Below, piece after piece: positions 29,843-39,431 of a stretch of DNA of 64,000 nucleotides (position 1 is the stretch's first letter; every line of letters starts with the position of its first letter). Source of the DNA: an uncultured Bacilli bacterium (GTDB taxonomy: Bacteria; Bacillota_I; Bacilli_A; RF39; UBA660); contig CALVKN010000068.1 in the NCBI GenBank assembly GCA_944332715.1, positions 79,755 to 143,754 on the forward strand. Direction: 5' to 3'. The position numbers were made by a program, and so were the translations under genes. The notes beneath the pieces are model-generated. The model made no database searches. It was not told the DNA's origin and saw only the letters and a program-made list of their open reading frames with translations.

Positions 29843-30514
29843 ATGCTGATTGCGGGCTTTCGCAAGACGTCGTTTCTGGACTATCCGGGCCAGCCGTGCG
29901 CGGTGGTGTTCACGCCGCACTGCAACATGAACTGCACCTACTGCCACAACGAGCAAATCCTGCGCGGCAGCGTGCCGCTTGTGCCGGAGGCGGAGGTGCT
30001 CTCGTATCTGGAAAAGCGCGTGGGGCTGCTGCCGGCCGTGACCGTGTCGGGCGGCGAGCCGACGCTGCAGCAGGACCTCGTGCCGTTTGTGGAGCGGGTC
30101 AAGGCGCTGGGCTTCCTCGTGAAGCTGGATACGAACGGCATGAAGCCGGCCGTGCTGCAACAGCTGCTGTTGCGCGGCCTCGTGGACTACGTGGCCATGG
30201 ACATCAAGGCGTCGCCGGAGAAATATGACGCGGTGACGCGCGTGCGCTGCGATCTGGACGCCGTGCGCCGCAGCATCTATCTGCTGCAGAACAGCGGCGT
30301 GGCGCATGAATTTCGCACCACGTTCGCGCCGGAGCTGACGGCGGAGGACGTCGTCGGCGCGGCGGAGCTGGTGCGCGGGACGGAGCGGTATTTTTTGCAG
30401 CAGTACCGGCCGCGCAAGGACGAGGACCTGCCCGCCCATCCGCCCTCCTATGTGCGCGAGACGGCGGAGAAGGTGCGGCAGGCGATCGGCGTGTGTGAGG
30501 TGCGCGGGCTGTGA
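29843..30514 (+). CDS. nrdG: Anaerobic ribonucleotide reductase activating protein (radical SAM)
   Basis: CNMNCTYCHN radical-SAM cluster motif and a GGEPTLQ motif. It lies directly after nrdD. Confidence 0.93.
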   Translation: MLIAGFRKTSFLDYPGQPCAVVFTPHCNMNCTYCHNEQILRGSVPLVPEAEVLSYLEKRVGLLPAVTVSGGEPTLQQDLVPFVERVKALGFLVKLDTNGMKPAVLQQLLLRGLVDYVAMDIKASPEKYDAVTRVRCDLDAVRRSIYLLQNSGVAHEFRTTFAPELTAEDVVGAAELVRGTERYFLQQYRPRKDEDLPAHPPSYVRETAEKVRQAIGVCEVRGL

Positions 30515-30687
30515 ACTGGGAACCGAAGGAATATGTCGTGTCGCGGATCGACGGGGAATACGCCTATCTGCGCCGCACGGACCAGCCTGAGGCGGAGGAG
30601 CTGTTCATCGCCCTGGCGCTGCTGCCGCAGGGGACGGACGAGGGCAGCCGCCTGCGCTATGAGCTGCTGCAATATACGCTGCTGTAG
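30511..30687 (+). CDS. Small 58-aa protein, DUF3006-like; not in the ORF track because it is shorter than 60 aa
   Basis: GTG at 30511 overlaps the nrdG TGA (GTGA). Translation is MNWEPKEYVVSRIDGEYAYLRRTDQPEAEELFIALALLPQGTDEGSRLRYELLQYTLL. The pattern xVVxRIEGxxAxL...LP.G..EG is as I remember for DUF3006. Confidence 0.5.
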   Translation: MNWEPKEYVVSRIDGEYAYLRRTDQPEAEELFIALALLPQGTDEGSRLRYELLQYTLL

Positions 30688-30873
30688 CCGCATTTCCCCA
30701 TTGCGATGCGGAAAGCGCCGTTCGGGCATGTGGCCGTGGCCGCTGGTGCAGCCGCGCCCGCCCGTTGAGGACGCGGAAGAGTATAGGAGGATACCGGCCG
30801 CCGGGCCCTGTCGACCGGCGGTCGGTTGTGTTCTGCGCGCACGTGGGCTATACTGGTGACGAGGTGATCGGAC

Positions 30874-31524
30874 ATGGACAGGCGGAAGACCGGCGCGCTG
30901 ATCGCGTCCCGGCGCCGCGCGTGCGGCATGACGCAGCAGGCGCTGGCCGGGTGCGTGCACGTCACGGCCAAGGCCGTCTCCAAGTGGGAGCGCGGGCTGA
31001 GCTTTCCCGGTGTGGACGTGTTACCCGGCCTGGCGGCGGCGCTGGGGCTCTCCGTGGAGGAGCTGCTCGCGGGGGAGACGGGGGAGGCGCGGCCGGCCGC
31101 GCCGGCGGACCCATCCCCGGAAGGGGGCGCGCAAGCCTGCGACGGCGCGAAAAAGCGCCGCAGGCGCGTGCTCGTGGCGCTCGTGGCGCTGCTGCTCGCG
31201 GCGGGCGGCGTGCTCTGGCGCTATGGCGGGGCGATCTTCCAGCGCGGCAACCCGATCCCGTACCTGCTGGCCGCCGCACAGCTCGATGGCGACACGCCGT
31301 TTGCCGAGGTGGGCAGCGGCGATGGGGTGTACATCGCGCCGCGGGGCGAGTGCCCCGCGCTGCTGGAGTTTGTGGAGCGGACGCGGCATGTCTCGTTTGT
31401 GGAGCGGGCGGGCAGCGGCTATCTGTTTTCCAACGGTGTGGACGGCCTCGTCGTGCAATCGGAGGTCTATTGGGGGCGGTTTACCGTTTATCAGGTGCCC
31501 CTGCACACACTGCAGGCGCCGTGA
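30874..31524 (+). CDS. XRE-family HTH protein with a single transmembrane helix and an extracytoplasmic C-terminal domain
   Basis: HTH is MTQQALAGCVHVTAKAVSKWERG, followed by a basic stretch KKRRRR and then TM helix VLVALVALLLAAGGVLW. The ~100-aa C-terminal domain has no motif I recognise. Confidence 0.8.
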   Translation: MDRRKTGALIASRRRACGMTQQALAGCVHVTAKAVSKWERGLSFPGVDVLPGLAAALGLSVEELLAGETGEARPAAPADPSPEGGAQACDGAKKRRRRVLVALVALLLAAGGVLWRYGGAIFQRGNPIPYLLAAAQLDGDTPFAEVGSGDGVYIAPRGECPALLEFVERTRHVSFVERAGSGYLFSNGVDGLVVQSEVYWGRFTVYQVPLHTLQAP

Positions 31525-31697
31525 CGGGCGTGCCGTATCGGCGCACCGGGCGCGGGGACTGTTTCTGCTTCCTGCCGGCTTCGGGCGGCTCCCGCGTGGC
31601 CGCTGTCGGTTTGCCCTCTCTCCCAATGGAAGGACGGCTCGATTCCCATCTGGCAGTCCGATGGCGCCCATTCGTGGATCGATGTTTGCTCCGTTGC

Positions 31698-32345
31698 CTA
31701 TATCCCAAATGGAATCAGCATACCCAATATGATAGCCACCGGAATCGAAGCGGCAACCAGGCCGATGGTTTCTTTCCAGGATTTCCGCAATATCGCGACG
31801 CCAAGAATCAGCAGGAGCAGATGCAATGAGGACCGAACGTCAACATACCACATGCCATAGGCGAGCGTACAGTGGATCAAAAACCCCAAAATGCCGGCGG
31901 AAACTGCAAACGCAAACCACCCTTTCCCCGTTGCATACCAGCAGAAAAACGCCAAAACAGGGGAAAGAAACGTAAATGCAACCCATATCATCGCATAGCT
32001 TTTCGGAAAGAAACCTGCCACAAAGTTGGAGTATAGATAATAGCTGGTCACCATTCCGGCAAAAAACGCAAAGACATGCAGCCCTGCCCGGAAGGCGCTG
32101 CTGCTTTTGATGGAAAGGAAGACGGCCAGAACGACCCACGGGGCAAACGTTCCAAAAAAATTGTGAAGATCCAACGTTTGATCGATCAAACTGAGAAAGG
32201 GCGGCAGTTCCGCTTGACGGTAATCCAAAAACTTTGAAAACGCGCCAAGACAGACGCCCAACAGCAGGACACCAGCGGTGATGCCGATTTCTTTTTTCAG
32301 AGGGTCGTGTCTTTCGGGCGTCCGCACTTTTTCAAAACAGTTCAT
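31698..32345 (-). CDS. Polytopic membrane protein of unknown function (low-GC islet)
   Basis: 215 aa with about 6 hydrophobic helices. The codon usage is clearly more AT-rich than the flanking genes. I recognise no family. Confidence 0.65.
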   Translation of the reverse strand: MNCFEKVRTPERHDPLKKEIGITAGVLLLGVCLGAFSKFLDYRQAELPPFLSLIDQTLDLHNFFGTFAPWVVLAVFLSIKSSSAFRAGLHVFAFFAGMVTSYYLYSNFVAGFFPKSYAMIWVAFTFLSPVLAFFCWYATGKGWFAFAVSAGILGFLIHCTLAYGMWYVDVRSSLHLLLLILGVAILRKSWKETIGLVAASIPVAIILGMLIPFGI

Positions 32346-32387
32346 GAGCCCCTCCGTTCCAGGCGTGGTTGCAACCGCACCTGCAAC

Positions 32388-32813
32388 TTAGAAACCCGCC
32401 TCAAAGTAGTACCATTTTTCAGCGAGCTTTTTCGTTGTTCCACGGTTGTCTCCCGCTGCCTGCCAGATCCAGCTGCCTTCGCCGTCCGGCAGCAGAGAGA
32501 CGTCGGTATTTTGAAACGGCAGAGGCACGTCGTCGGGAGAGTAGTATACGCCCCAGTATTGACGGTCTCCGGTTCCAGTCCCCAATCGGAATTCGTACAT
32601 GAGATGCGCGCCGTCCCACGTATCGATCGCTATCTCGTCTAGTATTGCAGGGATTGGCTGGCCGCTATCTGCCAGCGCAGAAAAGGCGGCGCCATGTTCC
32701 CTGACAAACTGTGCGGCCTTGTTTTCGGGCGCACGGGCCCCGACGGCCCAACCGATGAGAACCGCTGCCAACAGCAGGACGCCAACTGCAAGAAAGGCGG
32801 TTTTCTGTTTCAT
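32388..32813 (-). CDS. Small membrane-anchored/exported protein of unknown function (low-GC islet)
   Basis: Start MKQKTAFLAVGVLLLAAVLIGWAVG at 32813 (signal/anchor), followed by a ~115-aa soluble domain rich in W/Y/D. The part of the track ORF upstream of 32813 is not supported. Confidence 0.6.
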   Translation of the reverse strand: MKQKTAFLAVGVLLLAAVLIGWAVGARAPENKAAQFVREHGAAFSALADSGQPIPAILDEIAIDTWDGAHLMYEFRLGTGTGDRQYWGVYYSPDDVPLPFQNTDVSLLPDGEGSWIWQAAGDNRGTTKKLAEKWYYFEAGF

Positions 32814-32960
32814 ATTTTCCACGTTCCACAATCGTTTTGCCGCGTGCTCAGCCATCCGCCGGCGTGATGGCGCGACGGATGCCGGTCCCGCGCCTGTCCG
32901 TGGCACGCTGCCACAGGTCGCCGGGCGCGCTCGCGGCGGAACCTGCCGCCGGAACGGCCG

Positions 32961-33119
32961 CTACCGTTTCTTCTCGATGGCGTACAGCAGGAAGCCGCCG
33001 ATGGAGACCACGGCAAACAGCGTGCCGATGCCGGCCATGTTCCAGCTGATGCCGATACTTGCCTCGAGCAGCAATGCGATGAAGAATATCGCAACAGAAA
33101 TCAAAATGGCCTTTAACAT
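32961..33119 (-). CDS. Candidate 52-aa two-helix membrane peptide (not in the ORF track)
   Basis: ATG at 33119 is preceded by gggagaaaagg. Translation is MLKAILISVAIFFIALLLEASIGISWNMAGIGTLFAVVSIGGFLLYAIEKKR, which gives two hydrophobic helices and a basic C-terminus. Confidence 0.35.
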   Translation of the reverse strand: MLKAILISVAIFFIALLLEASIGISWNMAGIGTLFAVVSIGGFLLYAIEKKR

Positions 33120-33218
33120 AGCCTTTTCTCCCGTTCGTTCCGGCGCCTCGTACGTTCGTTCGCTGCGCCGGTGGTTTTGCGCGCCGGCGGGCGGGGCTTG
33201 GGAAGGGCCGCCCGCCGG

Positions 33219-33494
33219 TCAGCCTTTCGGCCCGTCCAAAAGCGCGGCGTCCAGCACGGCGCGCATGGCCTCGCGCGAGGGCACGCCCTCGTGCAGCTTT
33301 TTGCCGCCCACAAAGCAGCACGGCACGTACCAGTAGTCGAGCGAGTCCGCCAGCGCCTTGTTGCGGCTCTCGTCCTCGATCTGCAGCGGGATGGCGGCAT
33401 AGTCCGGCCGTTCGGCGCGCAGTTCGTCGAGCAGCGCCAGTGCGCGGCGGCAGTGGGGACAGTTGGGAAGGATCATCATGAGGATGGATTGCAT
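33219..33494 (-). CDS. Glutaredoxin/thioredoxin-fold small redox protein (CPHC active site)
   Basis: Start MQSILMMILPNCPHCRRAL; 91 aa. CxxC lies at the N-terminus of helix 1, as in glutaredoxin-like proteins. Confidence 0.7.
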   Translation of the reverse strand: MQSILMMILPNCPHCRRALALLDELRAERPDYAAIPLQIEDESRNKALADSLDYWYVPCCFVGGKKLHEGVPSREAMRAVLDAALLDGPKG

Positions 33495-33556
33495 GGGGGG
33501 AAGTTCCTTTCTCCGGCTTGTGCGCCGGCCGGGGCAGGTAGAGGGCAAACAACGGG

Positions 33557-33589
33557 CTGCGCCCCGCTCGAATGGGGAGCGGGGCGCAG
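33557..33589 (-). terminator. Terminator downstream of ftsZ
   Basis: 13-bp stem ctgcgccccgctc / gagcggggcgcag with a 7-nt loop. On the minus strand it is followed by CCCGTTGTTTG. Confidence 0.6.
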
Positions 33590-33622
33590 GTGGGAACGAC
33601 TGCCGGGGGTACGGCGCTCCGC

Positions 33623-34897
<1,275 letters not shown>

Positions 34898-34909
34898 CGT
34901 CGTTCCCCC

Positions 34910-36112
34910 TTATTTTATCAATAAGTTTCGCAGTTTATCCAAAATCCGGTCCCACAAAGAACCGGCGGAGGGCTCCTGTGCCGCCGCTTCGCTTTCGTTG
35001 CTGGCGCGAAGCACAAAGTCGAGTGCGCCAAACGCGCTGGTGTAGTTGGGCGAGTTCATCTCGTGCATGTAGGAGGGCATGTCCCGCCGGACGTGGTAGC
35101 CCAGCTGCTGCCGCAGGTATTCGCCCGAGCCGTGCATCATCGAAATGCCGCCGCCGGTGAGATAGATCACGGGCCGCGATTCCGGCCGGATGCCCATGTC
35201 GCGCAGCGCCTTTTTGATCAGGTCGGCCAGCTCCTGCGCCCTGGCGTCCACGATCAGGTCCACCACGCGGTGGTCGACACGCTTGACGCCGGTCGGCATG
35301 CGGATGATCTCCACACTCGAGAGCGGCTCCTGCAAAAACGTGTAGCGCCGCTTGACCTGCTCGGCATATTCCATCGGAATGTCGAGTCCAAAGCTCAGGT
35401 CGGACGCAAACTGCTGGCCGCCCAGCTCAAACGACTGGAGGTTGGTCAGCGCCGCGTTTTCGATGAGGCAGACGTCGGTGTGTGAGTAGCCCACGTCGAT
35501 CAGCACGGCCGGGCGCACGCGCTCCTGCTCCGGGATGATGTGGATGGCCTCGGCGAGCTGCGCGCTCACGCACATGGAGATTTCCACGTGCATGGACGAG
35601 AGGATGCGCTCCATCTGCTGTACGAACGATTCGCGCACGTACATGTGCGACACCTCGGCGGACAGCTCGTCCGCGCGCGCGCCCTCGGGGACCGTTGCGC
35701 TCTCGATCCCGCCGACGGTGAAGGAGACGGGCGTGCTGTGCATGAGCAGGTGCTCCGGCGCGCGCGCCTTTTCGAGCGACATGGAGATCACGTCGTCGAT
35801 GTCGTCCACCGTGATGCGGCGGTTGCGCGATTCGATGTGGAGCGTGGCGCGCGTGGTGATGAGCTTCACAAACGGCGCGGGCACCGCCACGGCCACCTCG
35901 CGGATGCGGGTGCAGCTCTGCTGTTCTGCGTCCTCGATGGCCGTCAGCACCGCCTCGCCGAGGGAGGCCATGTCGTTGAATTCCCCGTTTTCGAAGCCCG
36001 CATATTCGCAGATGCCGACCCCGTGCACCAGGATCCCGTCCGTGTGGACGGAGCTGCCGCACAGACAGACGACTTTCGAGCTTCCAATATCCAGTATTGC
36101 AGCGGGTTTCAA
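34910..36112 (-). CDS. ftsA: Cell division protein FtsA
   Basis: Actin-fold motifs AILDIGSSKVVCL and IYLTGGGISMMHG; directly upstream of ftsZ. The TTG at 36112 with a ggaggag RBS is preferred as the start. The maximal ORF begins at GTG 36136. Confidence 0.9.
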   Translation of the reverse strand: MKPAAILDIGSSKVVCLCGSSVHTDGILVHGVGICEYAGFENGEFNDMASLGEAVLTAIEDAEQQSCTRIREVAVAVPAPFVKLITTRATLHIESRNRRITVDDIDDVISMSLEKARAPEHLLMHSTPVSFTVGGIESATVPEGARADELSAEVSHMYVRESFVQQMERILSSMHVEISMCVSAQLAEAIHIIPEQERVRPAVLIDVGYSHTDVCLIENAALTNLQSFELGGQQFASDLSFGLDIPMEYAEQVKRRYTFLQEPLSSVEIIRMPTGVKRVDHRVVDLIVDARAQELADLIKKALRDMGIRPESRPVIYLTGGGISMMHGSGEYLRQQLGYHVRRDMPSYMHEMNSPNYTSAFGALDFVLRASNESEAAAQEPSAGSLWDRILDKLRNLLIK

Positions 36113-36157
36113 CCTCAGGACTCCTCCGCGCAGCACAAACGCTATATATACTGAGGT

Positions 36158-36166
36158 ATTATATCA
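36158..36166 (-). promoter_or_regulatory. Extended -10 element (TGaTATAAT) for ftsA-ftsZ
   Basis: The minus strand reads gTGaTATAATacc and lies about 45 nt upstream of the proposed ftsA TTG start. Confidence 0.45.
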
Positions 36167-36244
36167 CACAAAATTCGTCATGCGCAACCTTCGGCTCAGG
36201 TTTTACCGTTTTTTCGCAAATGGCGCTGTTCATAGTTTGTTTGC

Positions 36245-36274
36245 TTGTTGCGCGGCAAAGCAAGGCGATATAAT
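36245..36274 (+). promoter_or_regulatory. Candidate mreB promoter (TTGTTG-18-TATAAT)
   Basis: TATAAT at 36269-36274 and TTGTTG at 36245-36250, about 38 nt upstream of the mreB ATG. Confidence 0.4.
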
Positions 36275-36311
36275 GTACTTATCTATATGCATTTGGAATG
36301 GGAGCGGGACT

Positions 36312-37349
36312 ATGGGGCTGTTTGAGACCTCCGACATCGGCATTGACCTGGGCACTTCGAGCATCCTGGTATACGTGAAGCACCAGGGCATCGTGCTCCG
36401 TGAACCGTCCATTGTGGCCGTCGAGCGGCAGACCGGACGGTTGACCGCCATCGGCGAGGAGGCGCGCGCCATGCTGGGGCGCACGCCGCCCGGCATTGCC
36501 GTGGTGCGGCCGCTGCAGGACGGGGTGATCTCGAACTTTGACGTGACGGCCCGCATGTTGCGCCACTTTTTCAAACAAGCTGCCGGCGCGCGCCCGTTTT
36601 TCAGGCCGCGCGTGGTCATCTGTGTGCCGTCGGGCGTGACGGAAGCGGAGAAACGCTGCGTGGTCGAGGCGGCGGCGGAGGCCGGCGCGCGCTATTGCTA
36701 TCTGATCGAGGAGCCCATCGCCGCAGCGATTGGCGCGGGCGTGGACATTGCCGCCGCGCGGGGCAGCATGGTGCTGGACATCGGCGGCGGCACGACGGAC
36801 ATCGCGGTCATCTCCTTTGGCAGCGTCGTGCTGTCCGATTCCATCCGTGTGGCGGGGGACAAATTCGACGAGGCGCTTGTGCGGTATATGAGGCGCAAGC
36901 ACGACCTGGCTATCGGCGAGCGATCCGCTGAGGACATCAAGATCGCGTATGGCCGGGCGCACATCGAAAAGGAGCAGCAGATCGTGGAGATCCGCGGCCG
37001 CAACCTGCTTACCGGTCTGCCGGAGTCCGTGCCGGTGGCGACCAACGAGCTGGTGGACGCCACGGCGGAGCCGCTCCGGCAGATCATGGAGCGCGTGCGC
37101 GGCCTGTTTGAACAGACGCCCCCCGAGCTTGCGGCCGACATCACCGAAACGGGCATCTGCCTGACCGGCGGCGGCGCGCAGTTGCGCGGGCTGGATCGTT
37201 ACATCGCCGAGCACACCGGGGTGCCGTGCCACCTGGCGGAGGACCCGGTCAGCTGCGTGGCCATCGGCACCGGCAAGGTGCTGGAGGACTTTTCTGCATA
37301 TGCCGGCGCCATACAGGATTACCACCGCGGGGGATTCGCGCGCGCCTGA
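36312..37349 (+). CDS. mreB: Rod-shape determining actin homologue MreB/Mbl
   Basis: Start MGLFETSDIGIDLGTSSILVYV. Contains EPIAAAIGAG and DIGGGTTDIAV phosphate motifs; 345 aa. The long track ORF from 35535 is an artefactual extension. Confidence 0.95.
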   Translation: MGLFETSDIGIDLGTSSILVYVKHQGIVLREPSIVAVERQTGRLTAIGEEARAMLGRTPPGIAVVRPLQDGVISNFDVTARMLRHFFKQAAGARPFFRPRVVICVPSGVTEAEKRCVVEAAAEAGARYCYLIEEPIAAAIGAGVDIAAARGSMVLDIGGGTTDIAVISFGSVVLSDSIRVAGDKFDEALVRYMRRKHDLAIGERSAEDIKIAYGRAHIEKEQQIVEIRGRNLLTGLPESVPVATNELVDATAEPLRQIMERVRGLFEQTPPELAADITETGICLTGGGAQLRGLDRYIAEHTGVPCHLAEDPVSCVAIGTGKVLEDFSAYAGAIQDYHRGGFARA

Positions 37350-37437
37350 ACGCCAAAAAGCAGGAAAAACTCCCCGGTTTGGGGATAATTTTCCGAAGAA
37401 GAGTTTATCCTTTGTTCAAGGAATGGACACAGTTGCA

Positions 37438-37446
37438 TGGTATACT
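37438..37446 (+). promoter_or_regulatory. Extended -10 element (TGgTATACT) upstream of the NlpC/P60 gene
   Basis: aTGgTATACTgg lies about 50 nt upstream of the ATG at 37498. Confidence 0.35.
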
Positions 37447-37497
37447 GGATCCACATAAAATAGGAACGCGATGCTTTGAGAAAGGAAACGTGCTTAC

Positions 37498-39336
37498 ATG
37501 AATCGTTTTTGGCGCCGCACCCGGGCGCTAGCCAAACGGGCCGGGAAAATCTTTCTGGCACTGATGAAAAAACTGGGCCGGCTGGCCTGGCGGGCGCTTC
37601 AGGATGGGTTCCGGAGATTGTACCAGTTCCTGACCAGCCTGCCGCCGCGCACGCTCTGGGTCGGCATCGGCGCCATGAGCCTCGTGCTCGTGGTTGCGCT
37701 TGTGATTGCCATTGCGCTGCCCGGCAAGCCGTCCACGCAGACCGTGTCGGGCGGGGATCGCAGCGCGCAGTTGGCGGCGACGAACGTCCCCGTGCTGCCT
37801 AACGTGACCCCCGTGCCGGTAGAGCCGGATACGCCCGTTGCGCCCGTTACGGCCGATGACGCGGAGCAGACGGGAAACGGGACGCAGGCGCAGACGGCCA
37901 CGGAGCCGGATACGTCCGGCGGCAACACGACGGCCGAACCGACTGCCACGCCGTTTGCCGTGTTGAAAGAAGGCGACGATGGGGAAGTGATCGCCACGAT
38001 CCAGACACGGCTCATGGAGCTTGGCTATATGGATTCCGACGAACCGACGGAACATTTTGGCCCCCTTACGGAGACGGCAATTCGCACGTTCCAGCGCCAC
38101 AACGGCCTGACGGTCGACGGCACAGTCGGCTCCCAGACGTACACGGTGCTGATGGGCGGCGACGCCAAGCAGTTCGTCATGCAGGTGGGAGACGAGGGCG
38201 AGGACGTCAAGAGCGTGCAGCAGCGGCTGTATGAGCTGGGCTACATCACCGACAAGGGGAACCTCACCGGCACGTTCGGCGAAAAGACCGAGGCGGCCGT
38301 CAAGGAGTTCCAGGAGCGCAACAAGCTCGCCGGCGACGGCAAGGTCGGCAATGTGACGATGGAAAAGCTCTACAGCACGGAGGTCGTCTCCAAGTTTTAC
38401 TCCGTGGGCGACGAGAGCGACGAAATCAAGGAGTTCCAGCAGCGCCTGCAAAAGCTCGGATATTATGACGGCAAGGCAAGCGGCGAGTTCACCAAGGCGA
38501 CCGCCGCCGCCGTGCGCGAATTCCAGTCCGCCAACGGCCTCGTCGTGGATGGCAACGTCGGCCCGGCCACGAAGGCGCTGCTGCTCTCGAGCGACGCGCA
38601 GTCCAAGGTCATCAAGCTGGGCGACAGCGGCAGCGACGTCGTGGCGATCCAGAAGCGGCTGGCCGAGCTGGGCTACATGCGCGCGGCGAACGCGACCGGA
38701 TACTTTGGCGAGATCACGCAGGAGGCCGTCATGGCCTTCCAGCGCCGCAACAGCCTGGGCGCGGACGGCAAGGTCGGCACCGTCACGCTCAACACGCTCA
38801 ATTCGAGCAAGGCCAAGAAGGCCGCTTCCAGCAGCTCGTCTTCCGGTTCGTCGTCTTCCGGCAGCTCGTCGTCCGGGTCCTCGTCCGGCAGCTCGTCCTC
38901 CGGCTCGTCGTCTTCCGGCAGTTCGTCCTCCGGCAGCTCGTCGTCCTCCACCGGCGTGGAACGGCTCATCGACGTGGCGGAGAGCAAGCTGGGTTGCAAG
39001 TATGTGCGCGGCGCCAAGGGGCCGAGCTCGTTCGACTGCTCCGGCTTTGTGTACTGGTGTTTGAACCAGGCGGGCGTCAAGCAGAGCTATCTCACGTCCG
39101 TCGCGTGGCGCAGCTGCACCAAGTATAAAAAGATCACCGACATGGACGACATCAAACGCGGCGACATCCTCGTGTTCTCCGACACGTCCATGGCGACGGG
39201 ACACGTGGGCATCTATCTGGGCAGCGGCAAGATGATCGACGCCAGCTCCGGCGCGGGCAAGGTGCGCATCACCTCCACCGTGCTGAGCGGCTCCTACTGG
39301 CCGAGCCACTTCCTGATGGCGTTCCGCGTATTCTGA
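37498..39336 (+). CDS. Membrane-anchored cell-wall hydrolase: five PG_binding_1 repeats, a poly-Ser linker and an NlpC/P60 endopeptidase domain
   Basis: N-terminal TM helix LWVGIGAMSLVLVVALVIAIAL. Five repeats of the type G..G..V..IQ.RL.ELGY...DG.FG..T..AV..FQ..NGL..DG.VG. The P60 catalytic Cys is in FDCSGFVYWC and the His in GHVGIYLG. Confidence 0.9.
   Translation: MNRFWRRTRALAKRAGKIFLALMKKLGRLAWRALQDGFRRLYQFLTSLPPRTLWVGIGAMSLVLVVALVIAIALPGKPSTQTVSGGDRSAQLAATNVPVLPNVTPVPVEPDTPVAPVTADDAEQTGNGTQAQTATEPDTSGGNTTAEPTATPFAVLKEGDDGEVIATIQTRLMELGYMDSDEPTEHFGPLTETAIRTFQRHNGLTVDGTVGSQTYTVLMGGDAKQFVMQVGDEGEDVKSVQQRLYELGYITDKGNLTGTFGEKTEAAVKEFQERNKLAGDGKVGNVTMEKLYSTEVVSKFYSVGDESDEIKEFQQRLQKLGYYDGKASGEFTKATAAAVREFQSANGLVVDGNVGPATKALLLSSDAQSKVIKLGDSGSDVVAIQKRLAELGYMRAANATGYFGEITQEAVMAFQRRNSLGADGKVGTVTLNTLNSSKAKKAASSSSSSGSSSSGSSSSGSSSGSSSSGSSSSGSSSSGSSSSSTGVERLIDVAESKLGCKYVRGAKGPSSFDCSGFVYWCLNQAGVKQSYLTSVAWRSCTKYKKITDMDDIKRGDILVFSDTSMATGHVGIYLGSGKMIDASSGAGKVRITSTVLSGSYWPSHFLMAFRVF
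38827..38949 (+). repeat. In-frame tandem (SSSSG)n-coding microsatellite-like repeat, ~15-nt period
   Basis: Repeated agctcgtc(g/t)tccgg(c/t) units encode SSSSSSGSSSSGSSSSGSSSGSSSSGSSSSGSSSSGSSSSS. Confidence 0.85.
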
Positions 39337-39431
39337 TTGGCACACCGCATTGCCGCGGGCAGGGCTCATGGCGGCCCTGCCCGCATATACTGTGAAACGA
39401 CACATTCGGCAAGAACAGGGGAGGGCTTTTG

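Noticed and set aside
27451-29865. An 804-aa minus-strand ORF opposite nrdD. Analogous antisense ORFs are 25318..27303-, 11874..13817+, 14991..17090+, 48842..50551- and 50642..52492-.
   Set aside because: Each mirrors a confidently identified gene on the other strand. None has recognisable motifs, a start context or an RBS.
38827-38949. A regularly spaced short repeat array, considered as a possible CRISPR or other non-coding repeat.
   Set aside because: The period is only about 15 nt with no unique spacers. The array is in frame within a well-supported NlpC/P60 gene, where it encodes a poly-Ser/Gly linker.
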